From the NCBI GenBank assembly GCA_034439575.1, contig JAWXAQ010000008.1, positions 271,359-335,358 of the forward strand: a stretch of 64,000 nt of DNA, written 5' to 3'. Of the stretch, positions 20,024 through 31,042 are shown in pieces (positions within the stretch are counted from its first letter, which is position 1; each line of letters opens with the position of its first letter). The position numbers were made by a program, and so were the translations under genes. This DNA comes from Leptospira sp. Lineage in GTDB: Bacteria; Spirochaetota; Leptospiria; Leptospirales; Leptospiraceae. The notes beneath the pieces were generated by a model. The model searched no databases, was not told the origin of the DNA, and was given only the letters and a program-made list of their open reading frames with translations.

Positions 20024-21148
20024 CTAAGCTTTGATCGCTTCTTTGATGGGAAATTCTACATAAATTGACCACGCGTTTGTACTGTTTCCGATTTTTACTG
20101 GTACAAAAATATGTGCTGTGTTTTCTTTATCAATATATTGAAAATTTCTACCTTCCATAATGGCAATGGTTGCTTCATTGGAAATCTCTTCTGCTTTTTT
20201 GCCGAGTTGATTTGTATCAGGACTTGCAGCATACACTGATTCATTTGAAAGAAGACAAGTTTTTCCCAATCCAAAAACTTTTTTAATCGAAATATTTGAT
20301 TGTAGTTGCTCTAAAGAAAAATCAGCACCCATGATCCCTGAAAATTTTCCATGGATAAAAAGATTTGTCATAAGACTCGTCATACGCACCTGTTTGCCGT
20401 TAATCGGATATATATAAGGTTCCATCATGACATCTTTACCAAGAGCTCTGGGTAATTCATACCAATCGTTTTCGCCTTCAACATCATAACCTTGTAAAGG
20501 TTCTATGGCGATTTGACCAGTATGACGATTGCAGTAGGGAACAAATCGACCATTTTTGTCGTGACCCATTTCGCCCATATAATCCTTGTCATTTGGATCA
20601 ACTACATTTGATTCAAAACAACAGGCATAAGCGAGTTGTTGAGGATTTTGATCTAGATACTCTTTGAGTAAAATTAATATTTGAGAACGAGTGAGCCCAC
20701 TTTCAGATTGGATCATACTTTGGATAAGAAATTTTAATCCGTAAAGTGATGTTGCCATAATATAGAACTTTGCTTCTAATTCGGAAGCGACTTGCGATGC
20801 CCAAAGTTTGGCAAATTCTATGACTGCTTCCATTTCAAAATGTTCAACTTCAGAGGAAGCTGACATCGTTTCATGATTGATACGTTGTAAAATATCAGAG
20901 ATTTTTTTTGTGGCTTCGGAGGTGCGATACGAAAGTTTTGAGACTTCATTGGCGACAACCTCAAAACCTTTTCCATATTCACCAGCACGAGCAGCCTCTA
21001 TCGCGGCGTTAAGTGCCAAGAGATTTGTTTGTTTGGCTACTTGTTGAATGGCTGAGGCGACGGTCCCGATTTCTTTGGACCTTTCACCAAAGGCATTGAT
21101 CATATGCCTCAGACGTTTCATACTATTATTGGAATAATTTTCTTCCAT
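20024..21148 (-). CDS. Soluble chemoreceptor with N-terminal MCP signalling hairpin and C-terminal dCache-like sensor
   Basis: [32 protein letters not shown] at aa 40-73. GRFVPY...WY..P...EPY.Y.I.G..V.MTS...G.F.GI.G.D in the C-terminal half. No TM helix evident. Confidence 0.85.
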   Translation of the reverse strand: MEENYSNNSMKRLRHMINAFGERSKEIGTVASAIQQVAKQTNLLALNAAIEAARAGEYGKGFEVVANEVSKLSYRTSEATKKISDILQRINHETMSASSEVEHFEMEAVIEFAKLWASQVASELEAKFYIMATSLYGLKFLIQSMIQSESGLTRSQILILLKEYLDQNPQQLAYACCFESNVVDPNDKDYMGEMGHDKNGRFVPYCNRHTGQIAIEPLQGYDVEGENDWYELPRALGKDVMMEPYIYPINGKQVRMTSLMTNLFIHGKFSGIMGADFSLEQLQSNISIKKVFGLGKTCLLSNESVYAASPDTNQLGKKAEEISNEATIAIMEGRNFQYIDKENTAHIFVPVKIGNSTNAWSIYVEFPIKEAIKA

Positions 21149-21240
21149 AGTTATATTATCGAAACATACTAAAGCACATTTTAATAAAGATTCAAGCTAA
21201 TAAATGAATCCTTAATTTCTTTTATCAATAGGTATTTATA

Positions 21241-22686
21241 TTAAACACCCCCGATCATAATATGTTTTGTGATCAAATAGTCTCCGACTGATTCTTGGGA
21301 AAGATCTTTCCCAAATCCTGATTGTTTAAAACCACCGTGTGGTGCCTCTGATGCTAAAGGCAAATGATCATTGACCCAAACGGTTCCAAATTCCAGTTTC
21401 TTTGCTACTCGCATAGCACGTGCTATGTCGTTTGTCCAAATAGATGATGCTAATCCGTAATTGACATCATTGGCTAATTGTATCGCTTCTTCTTCAGTAG
21501 AAAAAGGTAAAATAGTTAGAACAGGTCCAAAGATTTCATTTTGAACAACTTCTGACTTCTGATTGATCTCACTGATAACAGTAGGTTCAATAAAATATCC
21601 TTTTTCTAAACCTTTGGGAATGCTACCGCCAGTTAATATTTTGCCGCCTTCATTTTTGGCCCTTTGGATAAATCCGAGGATATTATCTCTCTGTTTTCCC
21701 GAAACGATAGAACCCATTTCAGTGAGATCGTCAAATGGCATCCCCACTTTAACATTTTTCATCGCTTCTACAAGTTGATCTGTTGCTTTTTTCAATAGAT
21801 CTTTGTGAACATAGACGCGTGTGGCGGCGGTACAATCTTGACCAGAATTGCAAGTCGCACCAAACATGGCTTTTGCGGCAAATAAGTCTAAGTCTGCATC
21901 ATCGAATACAAGTAAAGGAGCCTTTCCACCTAACTCTAAATGCACGCGTTTGAGTGAATCAGCGGCACTCTTCATAATTTTTTTGCCTGTACCTGTGGAT
22001 CCTGTTAGTGAAACCATGCGAATCTTTGTATGATCTACGAGAGCCTGGCCTGCATCGTTGCCACCGGCCACAACATTGAACACGCCGTCAGGAATACCAG
22101 CTTCTTTACTCAATTCAGCTAACATGAGAGTGGTGAGAGGAGTATTGGGAGCAGGTTTTAAAACGACTGTGCATCCTGCCGCTAGTGCAGGTGCAAATTT
22201 CCAAACAGCCATAAGAATGGGATAATTCCAAGGAGTGATTTGACCGACGACTCCCACAGGTTCTCGTCTAAATAGGGAAGTGTATCCGGGGGCAAATTCC
22301 CCAGACTTAGATCCATGAATATCTCTTGCGGCACTCGCAAAAAATCTTAAATTATCAACTGCAAATGGGATATCTCCCGCCAAACTTAAGTTTTTGTAAG
22401 GTTTTCCCACATTCTCAGACTCGACTTTTGCAAATTCTTCTGTTTTGGATGCCAATAAATCTGCCAATCGAAATAAAGCTATAGAACGCTCGCTAGGTGT
22501 TAATTGGGACCAGCGCCCATCAGACCATGCATTATCCGCTACCGTCACCGCATAATCTATATCGCTCGCATCTCCTAAACTAACTTCGGCAAAGTATTCA
22601 CCATTAGCCGGATTTTCTATTTTTGAATATAACTTTGATTTTGATTCTACCCACTTTCCGTCTATCCAATGATTGTATTTTTTCAT
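21241..22686 (-). CDS. patD: Gamma-aminobutyraldehyde dehydrogenase (PatD/YdcW-like)
   Basis: ALDH motifs PWNYP, LELGGKAP, GQDCTAATR, EIFGPV, EAPHGGFKQSG.GKDLS; adjacent to gabT/gabD and polyamine ABC genes. Confidence 0.85.
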   Translation of the reverse strand: MKKYNHWIDGKWVESKSKLYSKIENPANGEYFAEVSLGDASDIDYAVTVADNAWSDGRWSQLTPSERSIALFRLADLLASKTEEFAKVESENVGKPYKNLSLAGDIPFAVDNLRFFASAARDIHGSKSGEFAPGYTSLFRREPVGVVGQITPWNYPILMAVWKFAPALAAGCTVVLKPAPNTPLTTLMLAELSKEAGIPDGVFNVVAGGNDAGQALVDHTKIRMVSLTGSTGTGKKIMKSAADSLKRVHLELGGKAPLLVFDDADLDLFAAKAMFGATCNSGQDCTAATRVYVHKDLLKKATDQLVEAMKNVKVGMPFDDLTEMGSIVSGKQRDNILGFIQRAKNEGGKILTGGSIPKGLEKGYFIEPTVISEINQKSEVVQNEIFGPVLTILPFSTEEEAIQLANDVNYGLASSIWTNDIARAMRVAKKLEFGTVWVNDHLPLASEAPHGGFKQSGFGKDLSQESVGDYLITKHIMIGGV

Positions 22687-22688
22687 AA

Positions 22689-23984
22689 TTAGCCTTTAAT
22701 TTCCTTGAGCGATTTTTCTATTATTAGCAAACCTTCGTTTAATATATGTTCTTCTGCAGTGATAGGAACTAGAATCCGGATAACGTTTCCATAAACTCCG
22801 CAAGATAATAAAACCAATCCATTTTCAAGAGCTTTAGAAGTTAATTTTTTTGCCAAATCTGCGGAAGGTTTTTCTGCATTTCCATTCTCAACTAATTCAA
22901 ATGCCACCATTCCACCAAGCCCTCTAATCTCACCGATGGAATTAAATTGTTTTTTCATCTCATATAATTTAGAAACTAAATGTGCACCGAGATTCTTTGA
23001 TTTATCTAAAATATTTTCTTCTTCAATTAAATCCATTATGGCAATTGCCGCCGTGCATGCCACTGGATTCCCAGCATAGGTTCCACCAAGTCCACCAGGT
23101 TCTACAGAGTCCATTATGGATGCTTTTCCTATCACGGCTGATAGGGGCATGCCACCTGCCAGAGATTTGGCGGTTGTGATCAGATCAGGGTGAATACCGC
23201 TATGTTCAATCGCAAAGAGTTTTCCTGTCCTTGCAAATCCAGACTGTACTTCATCGGCGATAAGTAAAATACCGTGTTCATCACAAATAGCTCTAAGTCT
23301 TGTTAAAAAAGAAGCTGAGGCAATATAAAAACCTCCTTCACCTTGTACAGGTTCAATGGCGATCGCGGCAATTTTTGAAGGATCAATATCTGCTTTAAAA
23401 AGATTTAACAATGCTTTGATGGAATCATCTTCTGTGACACCATGGTAATCCATTGGAAAAGGTATGTGATAAACATCCCCTGGGAAGGGACCAAATCCTT
23501 TTTTGTATGGTACAACTTTTCCAGTCAGTGCTAAAGCCATCATGGTTCGACCATGGAAACCACCAATAAATGAAATGAAACCGCTACGTCCCGTGGCGAC
23601 CCGAGCAATTTTTACCGCATTTTCGAGTGCCTCGGCGCCGGAAGAAAAGAGGATCGTTTTTTTGGGACCAGCGATAGGTGCTTTTTGATTTAATTTCTCA
23701 CATAACTTTACATAAGGTTCATATGGCATGATTTGGAAAGCTGTATGTAAATACACATCGACTTGTTTATGTATGGCGGCAATGACTTTGGGATGGCAAT
23801 GTCCTGTGTTCATCACACCGATCCCACCACCGAAATCAATAAACCGATTTCCTTCCACATCCCAAATTTCTGCATTTTTTGCTCTTTCGGCAAAGATTGG
23901 ATAGGCGGTGGTCACGCCTCTTGGAACATTTGCCACTCTTCTTTCCCAAAGAGATTTATTTGTTAACGTTTCACCTATTGTCAT
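22689..23984 (-). CDS. gabT: 4-aminobutyrate:2-oxoglutarate aminotransferase
   Basis: DF.GGIGV.N.GH, SGAEA.ENAVK, FHGRT, EPVQGEGG, DEVQSG, AKSLAGG, GGTY.GNP. GGAGG RBS and ATGA overlap with the gabD stop. Confidence 0.92.
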   Translation of the reverse strand: MTIGETLTNKSLWERRVANVPRGVTTAYPIFAERAKNAEIWDVEGNRFIDFGGGIGVMNTGHCHPKVIAAIHKQVDVYLHTAFQIMPYEPYVKLCEKLNQKAPIAGPKKTILFSSGAEALENAVKIARVATGRSGFISFIGGFHGRTMMALALTGKVVPYKKGFGPFPGDVYHIPFPMDYHGVTEDDSIKALLNLFKADIDPSKIAAIAIEPVQGEGGFYIASASFLTRLRAICDEHGILLIADEVQSGFARTGKLFAIEHSGIHPDLITTAKSLAGGMPLSAVIGKASIMDSVEPGGLGGTYAGNPVACTAAIAIMDLIEEENILDKSKNLGAHLVSKLYEMKKQFNSIGEIRGLGGMVAFELVENGNAEKPSADLAKKLTSKALENGLVLLSCGVYGNVIRILVPITAEEHILNEGLLIIEKSLKEIKG

Positions 23985-25438
23985 GTGATTCCTCCAAGAC
24001 ATAAATACTTGGTAACTATATAATCATCGATACCATACTTAGAGCCCTCACGGCCCATTCCAGAGAATTTAACTCCACCAAACGGTACTTGTTCGGAGGA
24101 AATTAGACCTTCATTGATTCCCACCATTCCGTATTCTAAACTCTCTGCAACTCGGAAAAGTTTGGCGATATCTTTGGTATAAAGATAGGATGCCAAACCA
24201 AAATCTGTATCGTTTGCCAGATGTATTGCTTCTTCCTCGGTTCTAAAGGTTTGTATAGAGGATACTGGACCGAAAGTCTCTTCTTGACAGACTAACATTT
24301 GATTGTTGACGGGGAATAATACAGTCGGCTCAAAAAATGTACCACCAAGGCTGTGTTTCTTTCCACCTGTCAATACTTTGGCACCTTTGTCTTTCGCATC
24401 CTTTATATGGAGTTCTACTTTTTCCAAAGCCGCTTCGTTTATCAAAGGCCCTTGTTGGACTTCCGTATTTAGTCCATCACCTACCTTTAGTTTGGAGGCA
24501 AGGTCTGACAATCTGTTTGCAAATTCCGAGGCAATGGATTCTTCAACTATAAAACGATTTACGCAAACACAAGTTTGACCTGTGTTGCGATATTTCGAAA
24601 GCATGGCACCTTTCAGAGCTTCATCCAAATCAGCATCTTTAAAAACGATAAAGGGAGCATTGCCACCTAACTCTAGTGAAAGTTTTTTTAAAGTTTTGGC
24701 CGATCTTTCCATTAAATACATTCCTGTGCGAGTGGACCCAGTAAAACTTAATTTCCGTACATCTTTTGCATTTAAAATTTCTTCACCAATTGCGATATGA
24801 TCTCCTGTGACAAGATTCCACACACCCTTTGGTAATCCGGCTCGTTCAGCAAGCACTGCGAGCGCAAAAGCAGAGTAAGGTGTCAATTCACTGGGTTTGG
24901 AAACAACAGTACAACCAGCGGCAAGAGCTGGCGCAACTTTTCTTGCAAGCATGGCCGATGGAAAATTCCAAGGGGTGATGGTTGCGACGACTCCAATTGG
25001 CTCTTTTAAAACAAAAATCCGTGTGTCTTTTCTATGAGAAGGAATAATGTCACCATACACACGTTTGGCTTCTTCTGAAAACCATTCAATATATGATGCA
25101 GCATAGGTTATTTCCCCTTTGGCCTCGGCTAAAGGTTTGCCTTGTTCCATCGTTAATATTTTTGCTAGCTCATCTGCATTTTCCAGGATGAGATGGAACC
25201 ATTTCCGTAAAATAATTGCACGTTCTTTGGCAGGAGTTTTTTTCCATTCTGGAAAGGCTAATTTTGCTGCTTGGATGGCTTTTTCTGTTTCCGCTTTGCC
25301 AGAATTCGGAATTGTACCGATCTTTTTATTTGTCGCGGGATTGGTGACATCCAAGGTTTGGCCAGAACTTGCACCGATCCAAGTTCCAGAGATATAGTTT
25401 AAGTCCCGAAAGAGGGACAGTTCTTTCATCTCGTTCAT
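23981..25438 (-). CDS. gabD: NAD(P)-dependent succinate-semialdehyde dehydrogenase
   Basis: EQGKPLAEAKGE, TPWNFP, LELGGNAP, RNTGQTCVC, EETFGP, PFGGVK.SG.GREGSKYG. Confidence 0.93.
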   Translation of the reverse strand: MNEMKELSLFRDLNYISGTWIGASSGQTLDVTNPATNKKIGTIPNSGKAETEKAIQAAKLAFPEWKKTPAKERAIILRKWFHLILENADELAKILTMEQGKPLAEAKGEITYAASYIEWFSEEAKRVYGDIIPSHRKDTRIFVLKEPIGVVATITPWNFPSAMLARKVAPALAAGCTVVSKPSELTPYSAFALAVLAERAGLPKGVWNLVTGDHIAIGEEILNAKDVRKLSFTGSTRTGMYLMERSAKTLKKLSLELGGNAPFIVFKDADLDEALKGAMLSKYRNTGQTCVCVNRFIVEESIASEFANRLSDLASKLKVGDGLNTEVQQGPLINEAALEKVELHIKDAKDKGAKVLTGGKKHSLGGTFFEPTVLFPVNNQMLVCQEETFGPVSSIQTFRTEEEAIHLANDTDFGLASYLYTKDIAKLFRVAESLEYGMVGINEGLISSEQVPFGGVKFSGMGREGSKYGIDDYIVTKYLCLGGIT

Positions 25439-25574
25439 TTCTAATGCTTGTATAAATTCTTGAAATAAAAATCCCACCATTTTTTAAAATTCTGTGTAAA
25501 TGCTTGCCATGAGTTTTCTATTTATTATGTTTTTGCATTGAAACGGATCAATTCCGAGAGGAGTACACAATCAA

Positions 25575-26744
25575 ATGACAAAATCGTTTTTGAAAAAGCT
25601 CATGGCGATAGCGATTATCATTGCCATCGCACTTGTAACTGCATGCGGTAAGAAAGAACAAAAACTAACAACAATTGGGCAAACAGAAGGCGAAGTTTCT
25701 ATCGTCGCTTGGCCTGGTTATATCGAAAGAGGTGAAACAGATAAGGCTTACGATTGGGTAAGCGAATTTGAAAAATCTAGCGGTTGTAAAGTGAACATTA
25801 AAACTGCAGCGACTTCGGATGAAATGGTTGCATTAATGAACGAGGGAGGCTTTGATCTTGTCACGGCTTCTGGTGATGCTTCCTTACGTTTGATTGCCGG
25901 TGGAAAAGTCCAAGAAGTTAACATTGATTTAGTCCCAAGCTGGAAAAATGTAGATTCAAGACTTCAAAATGCCGCATGGCACACAGTAGACGGAAAACAT
26001 TATGGTGTTCCTTACCAGTGGGGTCCAAATGTTCTTATGTACAATACAAAAGTATTTAAGTCTGCACCTACATCCTGGAGTGTCGTTTTTGAAGAACAAA
26101 ACCTTCCGGATGGAAAATCCAACAAAGGTCGTGTGCAAGCGTTTGATGGTCCAATTTATATTGCAGATGCGGCACTTTACTTAAAATCCGCAAAACCAGA
26201 GTTAGGCATCAATGATCCTTACGAATTGGATGAAAAACAATACGCTGCGGCTATTGAGATTTTAAAAAAACAAAGACAATTAGTTCCAAAGTATTGGCAT
26301 GATGCAATGGTACAAGTGGATGACTTTAAAAAAGAAGGTTTAGTCGCATCCTCTACATGGCCGTTTCAAGTAAACTTGTTACTTAGCGAAAAACAAGCAG
26401 TAGGTTCTGTGGTTCCAAAAGAAGGAGCTACGGGTTGGGCAGATACGACTATGCTTCACAAAGATTCAAAACATGTAAATTGCGCCTACAAATGGTTAGA
26501 GCATTCTATCCAACCAAAAGTACAAGGTGATCTCGCTTCTTGGTTTGGTTCTGTTCCATCAGTACCTGCGGCATGTAAAGGCAATGCATTACTTACTGAT
26601 TCAGGTTGTGCTACGAATGGTTTTAACAATTTCGAAAAAATATCTTTTTGGAGAACACCAGTTGAAAATTGTTCTGGTGGAAGAAAATGTGTTCCTTACA
26701 AAAAGTGGGCTGAAGATTACATAGCTATCATTGGTAGCAAATAA
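25575..26744 (+). CDS. Polyamine-type ABC transporter substrate-binding lipoprotein (YdcS-like)
   Basis: Lipobox LVTAC. IVAWPGYIERG.TDK.YDWV..FEK..GC.V, SGDASLRLI, PYQWGPN, PKEG.TGWADTTM. Confidence 0.9.
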   Translation: MTKSFLKKLMAIAIIIAIALVTACGKKEQKLTTIGQTEGEVSIVAWPGYIERGETDKAYDWVSEFEKSSGCKVNIKTAATSDEMVALMNEGGFDLVTASGDASLRLIAGGKVQEVNIDLVPSWKNVDSRLQNAAWHTVDGKHYGVPYQWGPNVLMYNTKVFKSAPTSWSVVFEEQNLPDGKSNKGRVQAFDGPIYIADAALYLKSAKPELGINDPYELDEKQYAAAIEILKKQRQLVPKYWHDAMVQVDDFKKEGLVASSTWPFQVNLLLSEKQAVGSVVPKEGATGWADTTMLHKDSKHVNCAYKWLEHSIQPKVQGDLASWFGSVPSVPAACKGNALLTDSGCATNGFNNFEKISFWRTPVENCSGGRKCVPYKKWAEDYIAIIGSK

Positions 26745-26766
26745 GTTTTAAATTCGGAGGGATTCA

Positions 26767-27783
26767 TTGGGCGAATTATACGACGTAGAATTAAAAAATG
26801 TTACAAAAAGATTTGGTGATTTTATCGCCGTCGACAATGTTTCCTTTGGAATTTTAAAAGGTGAGTTTTTTTCTATGCTTGGACCTTCGGGTTCAGGCAA
26901 AACTACCTGCCTCCGTATGGTGGCAGGTTTTTACGATCCAAGTTCGGGCTCAGTATTGTTAGGTGGCTCTGATGTCTCGGGAGTCCCACCTTACAAAAGA
27001 AATGTGAATACGGTGTTTCAGGATTATGCCTTATTTCCACATATGACCATTGCTGAAAATATTGGTTACGGCCTGATGGTGAAAAACGTTCCGAAAAAAG
27101 AGATATTAGCGCGCGTTTCCTCTATGTTGGAACTCGTTCGATTGCCAAATGTAGGTCATAGAAAACCATCTGAACTTTCTGGTGGACAAAGACAAAGAAT
27201 CGCTCTTGCACGAGCGCTCATTAACCAACCACAAATTTTATTGTTAGATGAACCTCTAGGTGCACTGGATCTCAAACTTAGAGAAGAGATGCAAATTGAA
27301 CTGAAAAGCATTCAGAAAAAAATCGGCATCACATTTATATTTGTCACTCATGACCAAGAAGAAGCCTTGTCTATGTCAGATCGTATAGCTGTTTTTAACA
27401 AAGGTAAGGTGGAACAAATTGGCACTCCCAATGAGATTTATGAGCACCCAAATACTGAATTCGTTGCCAATTTCGTCGGCAATTCAAATATCTTTGAAGC
27501 AGATATAGCAAGTAAATTGACTGGTAAATCGCAAAAAATAATGGTACGACCAGAAAAAATGAAAATCCTCTCAAAAGGAGAATCAACGGAAGGTTATCTA
27601 AGTTTAGAAGCAAATTTACAAAATTTTGTTTATTCAGGAGCCACTTCAAAAATTTTACTCCAATCAAAAACGGGACAACGAATCATCGTCGCCAAACAAA
27701 ATCAAAATGAGAGTCTGCTAACTCCTTCACAAGATGTGGTGGTCGTTTGGAAAGAGTCAGATATGCACGTTATCTCAAAATAA
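26767..27783 (+). CDS. Polyamine ABC transporter ATP-binding protein (PotA/YdcT-like)
   Basis: GPSGSGKTT, LSGGQRQR, LLLDEPLGALD; TTG start after GGAGG. Confidence 0.93.
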   Translation: MGELYDVELKNVTKRFGDFIAVDNVSFGILKGEFFSMLGPSGSGKTTCLRMVAGFYDPSSGSVLLGGSDVSGVPPYKRNVNTVFQDYALFPHMTIAENIGYGLMVKNVPKKEILARVSSMLELVRLPNVGHRKPSELSGGQRQRIALARALINQPQILLLDEPLGALDLKLREEMQIELKSIQKKIGITFIFVTHDQEEALSMSDRIAVFNKGKVEQIGTPNEIYEHPNTEFVANFVGNSNIFEADIASKLTGKSQKIMVRPEKMKILSKGESTEGYLSLEANLQNFVYSGATSKILLQSKTGQRIIVAKQNQNESLLTPSQDVVVVWKESDMHVISK

Positions 27784-27787
27784 ATTT

Positions 27788-28705
27788 ATGACTACTACCT
27801 TTGACAAACTGATTACATTTTTATTTTATAGAAAAAGTTTAGCAATTTTTCTATTACTCACACCCCTGATCATTTGGTTAGGTGTCATATATATTGGTTC
27901 TTTATTCACTCTATTGATTCAGAGTTTTTTTTCTATCGATTCTTTTTCTGGGGTGATCAAACACGAGTTTACATTCGATACATATATTGATCTATTTCGC
28001 CAACCTACAAATTGGGATATCTTTTTAAGAACTTCGGGTATGGCGGGAACTGTAACTTTTGTTAGTGCTATTTTGGCATTTCCCGTTGCTTATTATATGG
28101 CAATGTATGCTGGACCTAAGTTAAAGCCTGTATTGTATTTAGGGATCATGTTACCACTTTGGTCTAGTTATCTTGTAAAAGTATATGCATGGAAATTGTT
28201 AATGGCCAAAGAAGGAATCATTACTTGGTCTTTGGATCAAATCGGGCTTACTCATTTACTCGATGTTATATTGTCCATTCCTGTGATAGGTGGAACCTCT
28301 CTGTCTTTTTCTTATATTGGGATGTTTCTTGTTTTCCTCTACCTTTGGTTGCCATTTATGATCCTACCTATCCAGGCATCCTTGGAAAGAATCCCTAAGT
28401 CACTTTTAGAAGCATCATCCGATTTAGGAGCTGGGCCATCCGTCACATTTCGCAAAGTGATTTTACCTTTAGCGTTTCCAGGTGTTGTCGCAGGTTCCAT
28501 TTTTACATTTTCATTGACACTTGGTGATTATATCATTCCCACCATCATTGGAAATTCTAGTTATTTTATCGGTATGGCAGTTTATACTCACCAAGGAACA
28601 GCGGGTAACATCCCTTTGGCGGCAGCCTTTTCTGTGATCCCTATCATTATTATGATGGTCTATCTTATGATCGCCAAACGATTAGGAGCTTTCGATGCTC
28701 TCTAA
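27788..28705 (+). CDS. Polyamine ABC transporter permease (PotB/YdcU-like)
   Basis: EAA loop [18 protein letters not shown]; multiple TMs. Confidence 0.9.
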   Translation: MTTTFDKLITFLFYRKSLAIFLLLTPLIIWLGVIYIGSLFTLLIQSFFSIDSFSGVIKHEFTFDTYIDLFRQPTNWDIFLRTSGMAGTVTFVSAILAFPVAYYMAMYAGPKLKPVLYLGIMLPLWSSYLVKVYAWKLLMAKEGIITWSLDQIGLTHLLDVILSIPVIGGTSLSFSYIGMFLVFLYLWLPFMILPIQASLERIPKSLLEASSDLGAGPSVTFRKVILPLAFPGVVAGSIFTFSLTLGDYIIPTIIGNSSYFIGMAVYTHQGTAGNIPLAAAFSVIPIIIMMVYLMIAKRLGAFDAL

Positions 28706-29498
28706 ATTCCTACCAAAAAACATAGGTCTTAAATTCGCCACACTCTTGGTATTTTTATTCATTCATATACCTATTGTTTTTATCATCCTATATGCGTTTT
28801 CCACGGATGAAAAAACATTCCAGTTCCCGATTCCTGGCTTCACCTTGAAATGGTTTGGTGTGGCTTGGGAGAGAAAGGATATATGGGATGCGATATGGTT
28901 ATCAGTCCAAGTTGCAAGTATCTCTACTTTGCTCGCACTTATCCTTGGAACACTTGCCACACTCGGTGTTTATCGAAGCCAATTTTTTGGCAAAGAAGTG
29001 ATTTCATTTTTGGTGATACTACCCATTGCACTTCCAGGTATTGTCACTGGAATTTCTCTACGTTCGGCGATGAATTTATTTGGCATTCCATTTAGTACAT
29101 GGACAATTGTTATCGCACATGCGACCTTTTGTATAGTAACAGTTTACAACAATGTATTAGCAAGGCTTCGGCGGAGTTCGCATTCACTTGTCGAAGCATC
29201 TATGGATTTAGGAGCCACACCTTTCCAAACCTTTAGGTATGTGATTTTACCAAATATCGCCACGGCTTTGTTAGCTGGAGGGATGTTATCTTTTGCCTTG
29301 TCCTTTGATGAAGTCATAGTCACAACATTTACAGCAGGTCAACAATCCACAGTGCCTATTTGGATGTTAACAGAATTTATACGACCAAGGCAGAGGCCTG
29401 TCACAAATGTTGTGGCTGTTTTTGTGATCCTTGTGACGACATTACCGATTTTGGCCGCATACTTTTTAACTAAAGAATCAGAGACAGAGAAAAAATAA
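28695..29498 (+). CDS. Polyamine ABC transporter permease (PotC/YdcV-like)
   Basis: [24 protein letters not shown]. Confidence 0.9.
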   Translation: MLSKFLPKNIGLKFATLLVFLFIHIPIVFIILYAFSTDEKTFQFPIPGFTLKWFGVAWERKDIWDAIWLSVQVASISTLLALILGTLATLGVYRSQFFGKEVISFLVILPIALPGIVTGISLRSAMNLFGIPFSTWTIVIAHATFCIVTVYNNVLARLRRSSHSLVEASMDLGATPFQTFRYVILPNIATALLAGGMLSFALSFDEVIVTTFTAGQQSTVPIWMLTEFIRPRQRPVTNVVAVFVILVTTLPILAAYFLTKESETEKK

Positions 29499-29548
29499 AA
29501 ATCACATAGATTTTCAGAAAAAAGGTATATGTTTACAATTTGCCTTTT

Positions 29549-30487
29549 TTATTTTTGAATTTTGATCATCGTTTCTGGTGCAATGCGGTCGATGTCACAT
29601 GTGAAGGCTAATGGCAAAGATTCATTGCCAGAAAAATCTTTCGCTTTAAACTCAATACGAATCGTTTTTTCATAAGGAAAAAGTTTTTCGATTTCAAATA
29701 TTCTTTCCGTTAGGTTCCAATTATCCATTCCAGACTTTCTCCAATATAAATCCTTTGCTTCAGAAAAATTATCTTTTGCTGTGATTTCCAATTTGGTGTT
29801 ACGAGCACAAATGGATTTGTCATTGGAAGTCATCAGTTTTGGTAAACTATTGATACTGAGGGAAGGGGGTGTGGAATCTACAACCCAAGACAATTCGATT
29901 CGTTTAGAAATGTTTTTTACATTGTCATAGGCAAATGCACTGATATAATGTTTGCCTTCTTCTTTGGTAGTCATTGTCCAATCTTTGCCTGTTTCGATCG
30001 AATTTTCAATTCCTCCATCAAGGGAAACATACAAATTGCGCACTCCACTTTCATCATCTAATGCGCGTAATGTTAATTCATTATTTGCCTGAACCATAAA
30101 TTGGTCATTCCATGTTTTTGGTAAATTGCGCCAAATAATATTGATTTTTGGAGATGTGCGGTCAACGTATAGATTTAACTTTTGTTCGGATTCGCGATTT
30201 TCTAGAACATCTTCAGCATAGTAGTGCAATTCATTCCAGCCTGCATTGGGCGGATAAACTGGTTCAGAAAATTTTGACCAAGTTTCGTCATTCCACCTGA
30301 AAAAATAAGAAGCGTTCGCTTCGCCCTTTTCCCAATTCAGTTTATAATATTCATTTACGAATAGTGTGGCATCTGCAGAGAGATAAGTTTCTGGCGTGGT
30401 AATTTTTTGATAAAGGCTTGTTACTTGTTCAGCAGAGAAAATCGCAAAAGAGATGAGGGCAGTGACGACATAGAAAAATAGTTTCAT
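29549..30487 (-). CDS. Secreted protein with tandem Ig-like (OmpL47-type) repeats
   Basis: Signal peptide; three repeats ending Y.A.D...N...VD.T.P. Confidence 0.65.
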   Translation of the reverse strand: MKLFFYVVTALISFAIFSAEQVTSLYQKITTPETYLSADATLFVNEYYKLNWEKGEANASYFFRWNDETWSKFSEPVYPPNAGWNELHYYAEDVLENRESEQKLNLYVDRTSPKINIIWRNLPKTWNDQFMVQANNELTLRALDDESGVRNLYVSLDGGIENSIETGKDWTMTTKEEGKHYISAFAYDNVKNISKRIELSWVVDSTPPSLSINSLPKLMTSNDKSICARNTKLEITAKDNFSEAKDLYWRKSGMDNWNLTERIFEIEKLFPYEKTIRIEFKAKDFSGNESLPLAFTCDIDRIAPETMIKIQK

Positions 30488-30658
30488 TATTTTAAATTTG
30501 GCAATGGCTAATTAGTCTGCAAGTGATTCTTTCGCTAACTTTCTTCTCTCTGAGAATCCTAAATGAGTCAAGGATCTGTATGTTTTTGGAAGCTTAGACA
30601 AAGCCTTAAGCAAATCTGACTCGACCAAATTGGCCAAAGTATGAAACTCGTGAGAACG

Positions 30659-31042
30659 ATGATCTCCGTAGGTAATGACATTGTCGAAAATGAACGCATC
30701 AGAGACCTGCTAGAAAAACATGGGGATCGTTTTCTAAAGCGTGTTTTTACAGACGAAGAAGTTTCCTATTGCCATACGCATAAAGACCCAGTTCCATATC
30801 TGGCTGGCCGATTTGCTTGCAAAGAGGCAATGATCAAGGCTATGGCCTTGGCACCTGGTGAAGTTTTGGATATGAAAGAGATAGAATTAGCTGGCACGGG
30901 ATTTGGTAAAAAAACGCTCGTCATCCACGGGAAAACTGAAAAATTTTTCAAAGAAAAAGGATTCACTGGAAGTTCGGTTTCGATCAGTCATGCTGATCAT
31001 TATTCGACTGCGGTTGTTATATTGTATAAGGAGAAACTATGA
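30659..31042 (+). CDS. acpS: Holo-[acyl-carrier-protein] synthase
   Basis: GNDIVE..RI, RVFT..E, LAGRFA.KEA..KA, SISH. Confidence 0.93.
   Translation: MISVGNDIVENERIRDLLEKHGDRFLKRVFTDEEVSYCHTHKDPVPYLAGRFACKEAMIKAMALAPGEVLDMKEIELAGTGFGKKTLVIHGKTEKFFKEKGFTGSSVSISHADHYSTAVVILYKEKL

Noticed and set aside
19927-29508. aaatcacata / tatgtgattt on both sides of the polyamine cluster as att sites or terminal repeats
   Set aside because: Only 10-11 bp and AT-rich. The left copies are explained by a terminator hairpin, and there is no integrase, transposase or tRNA nearby.
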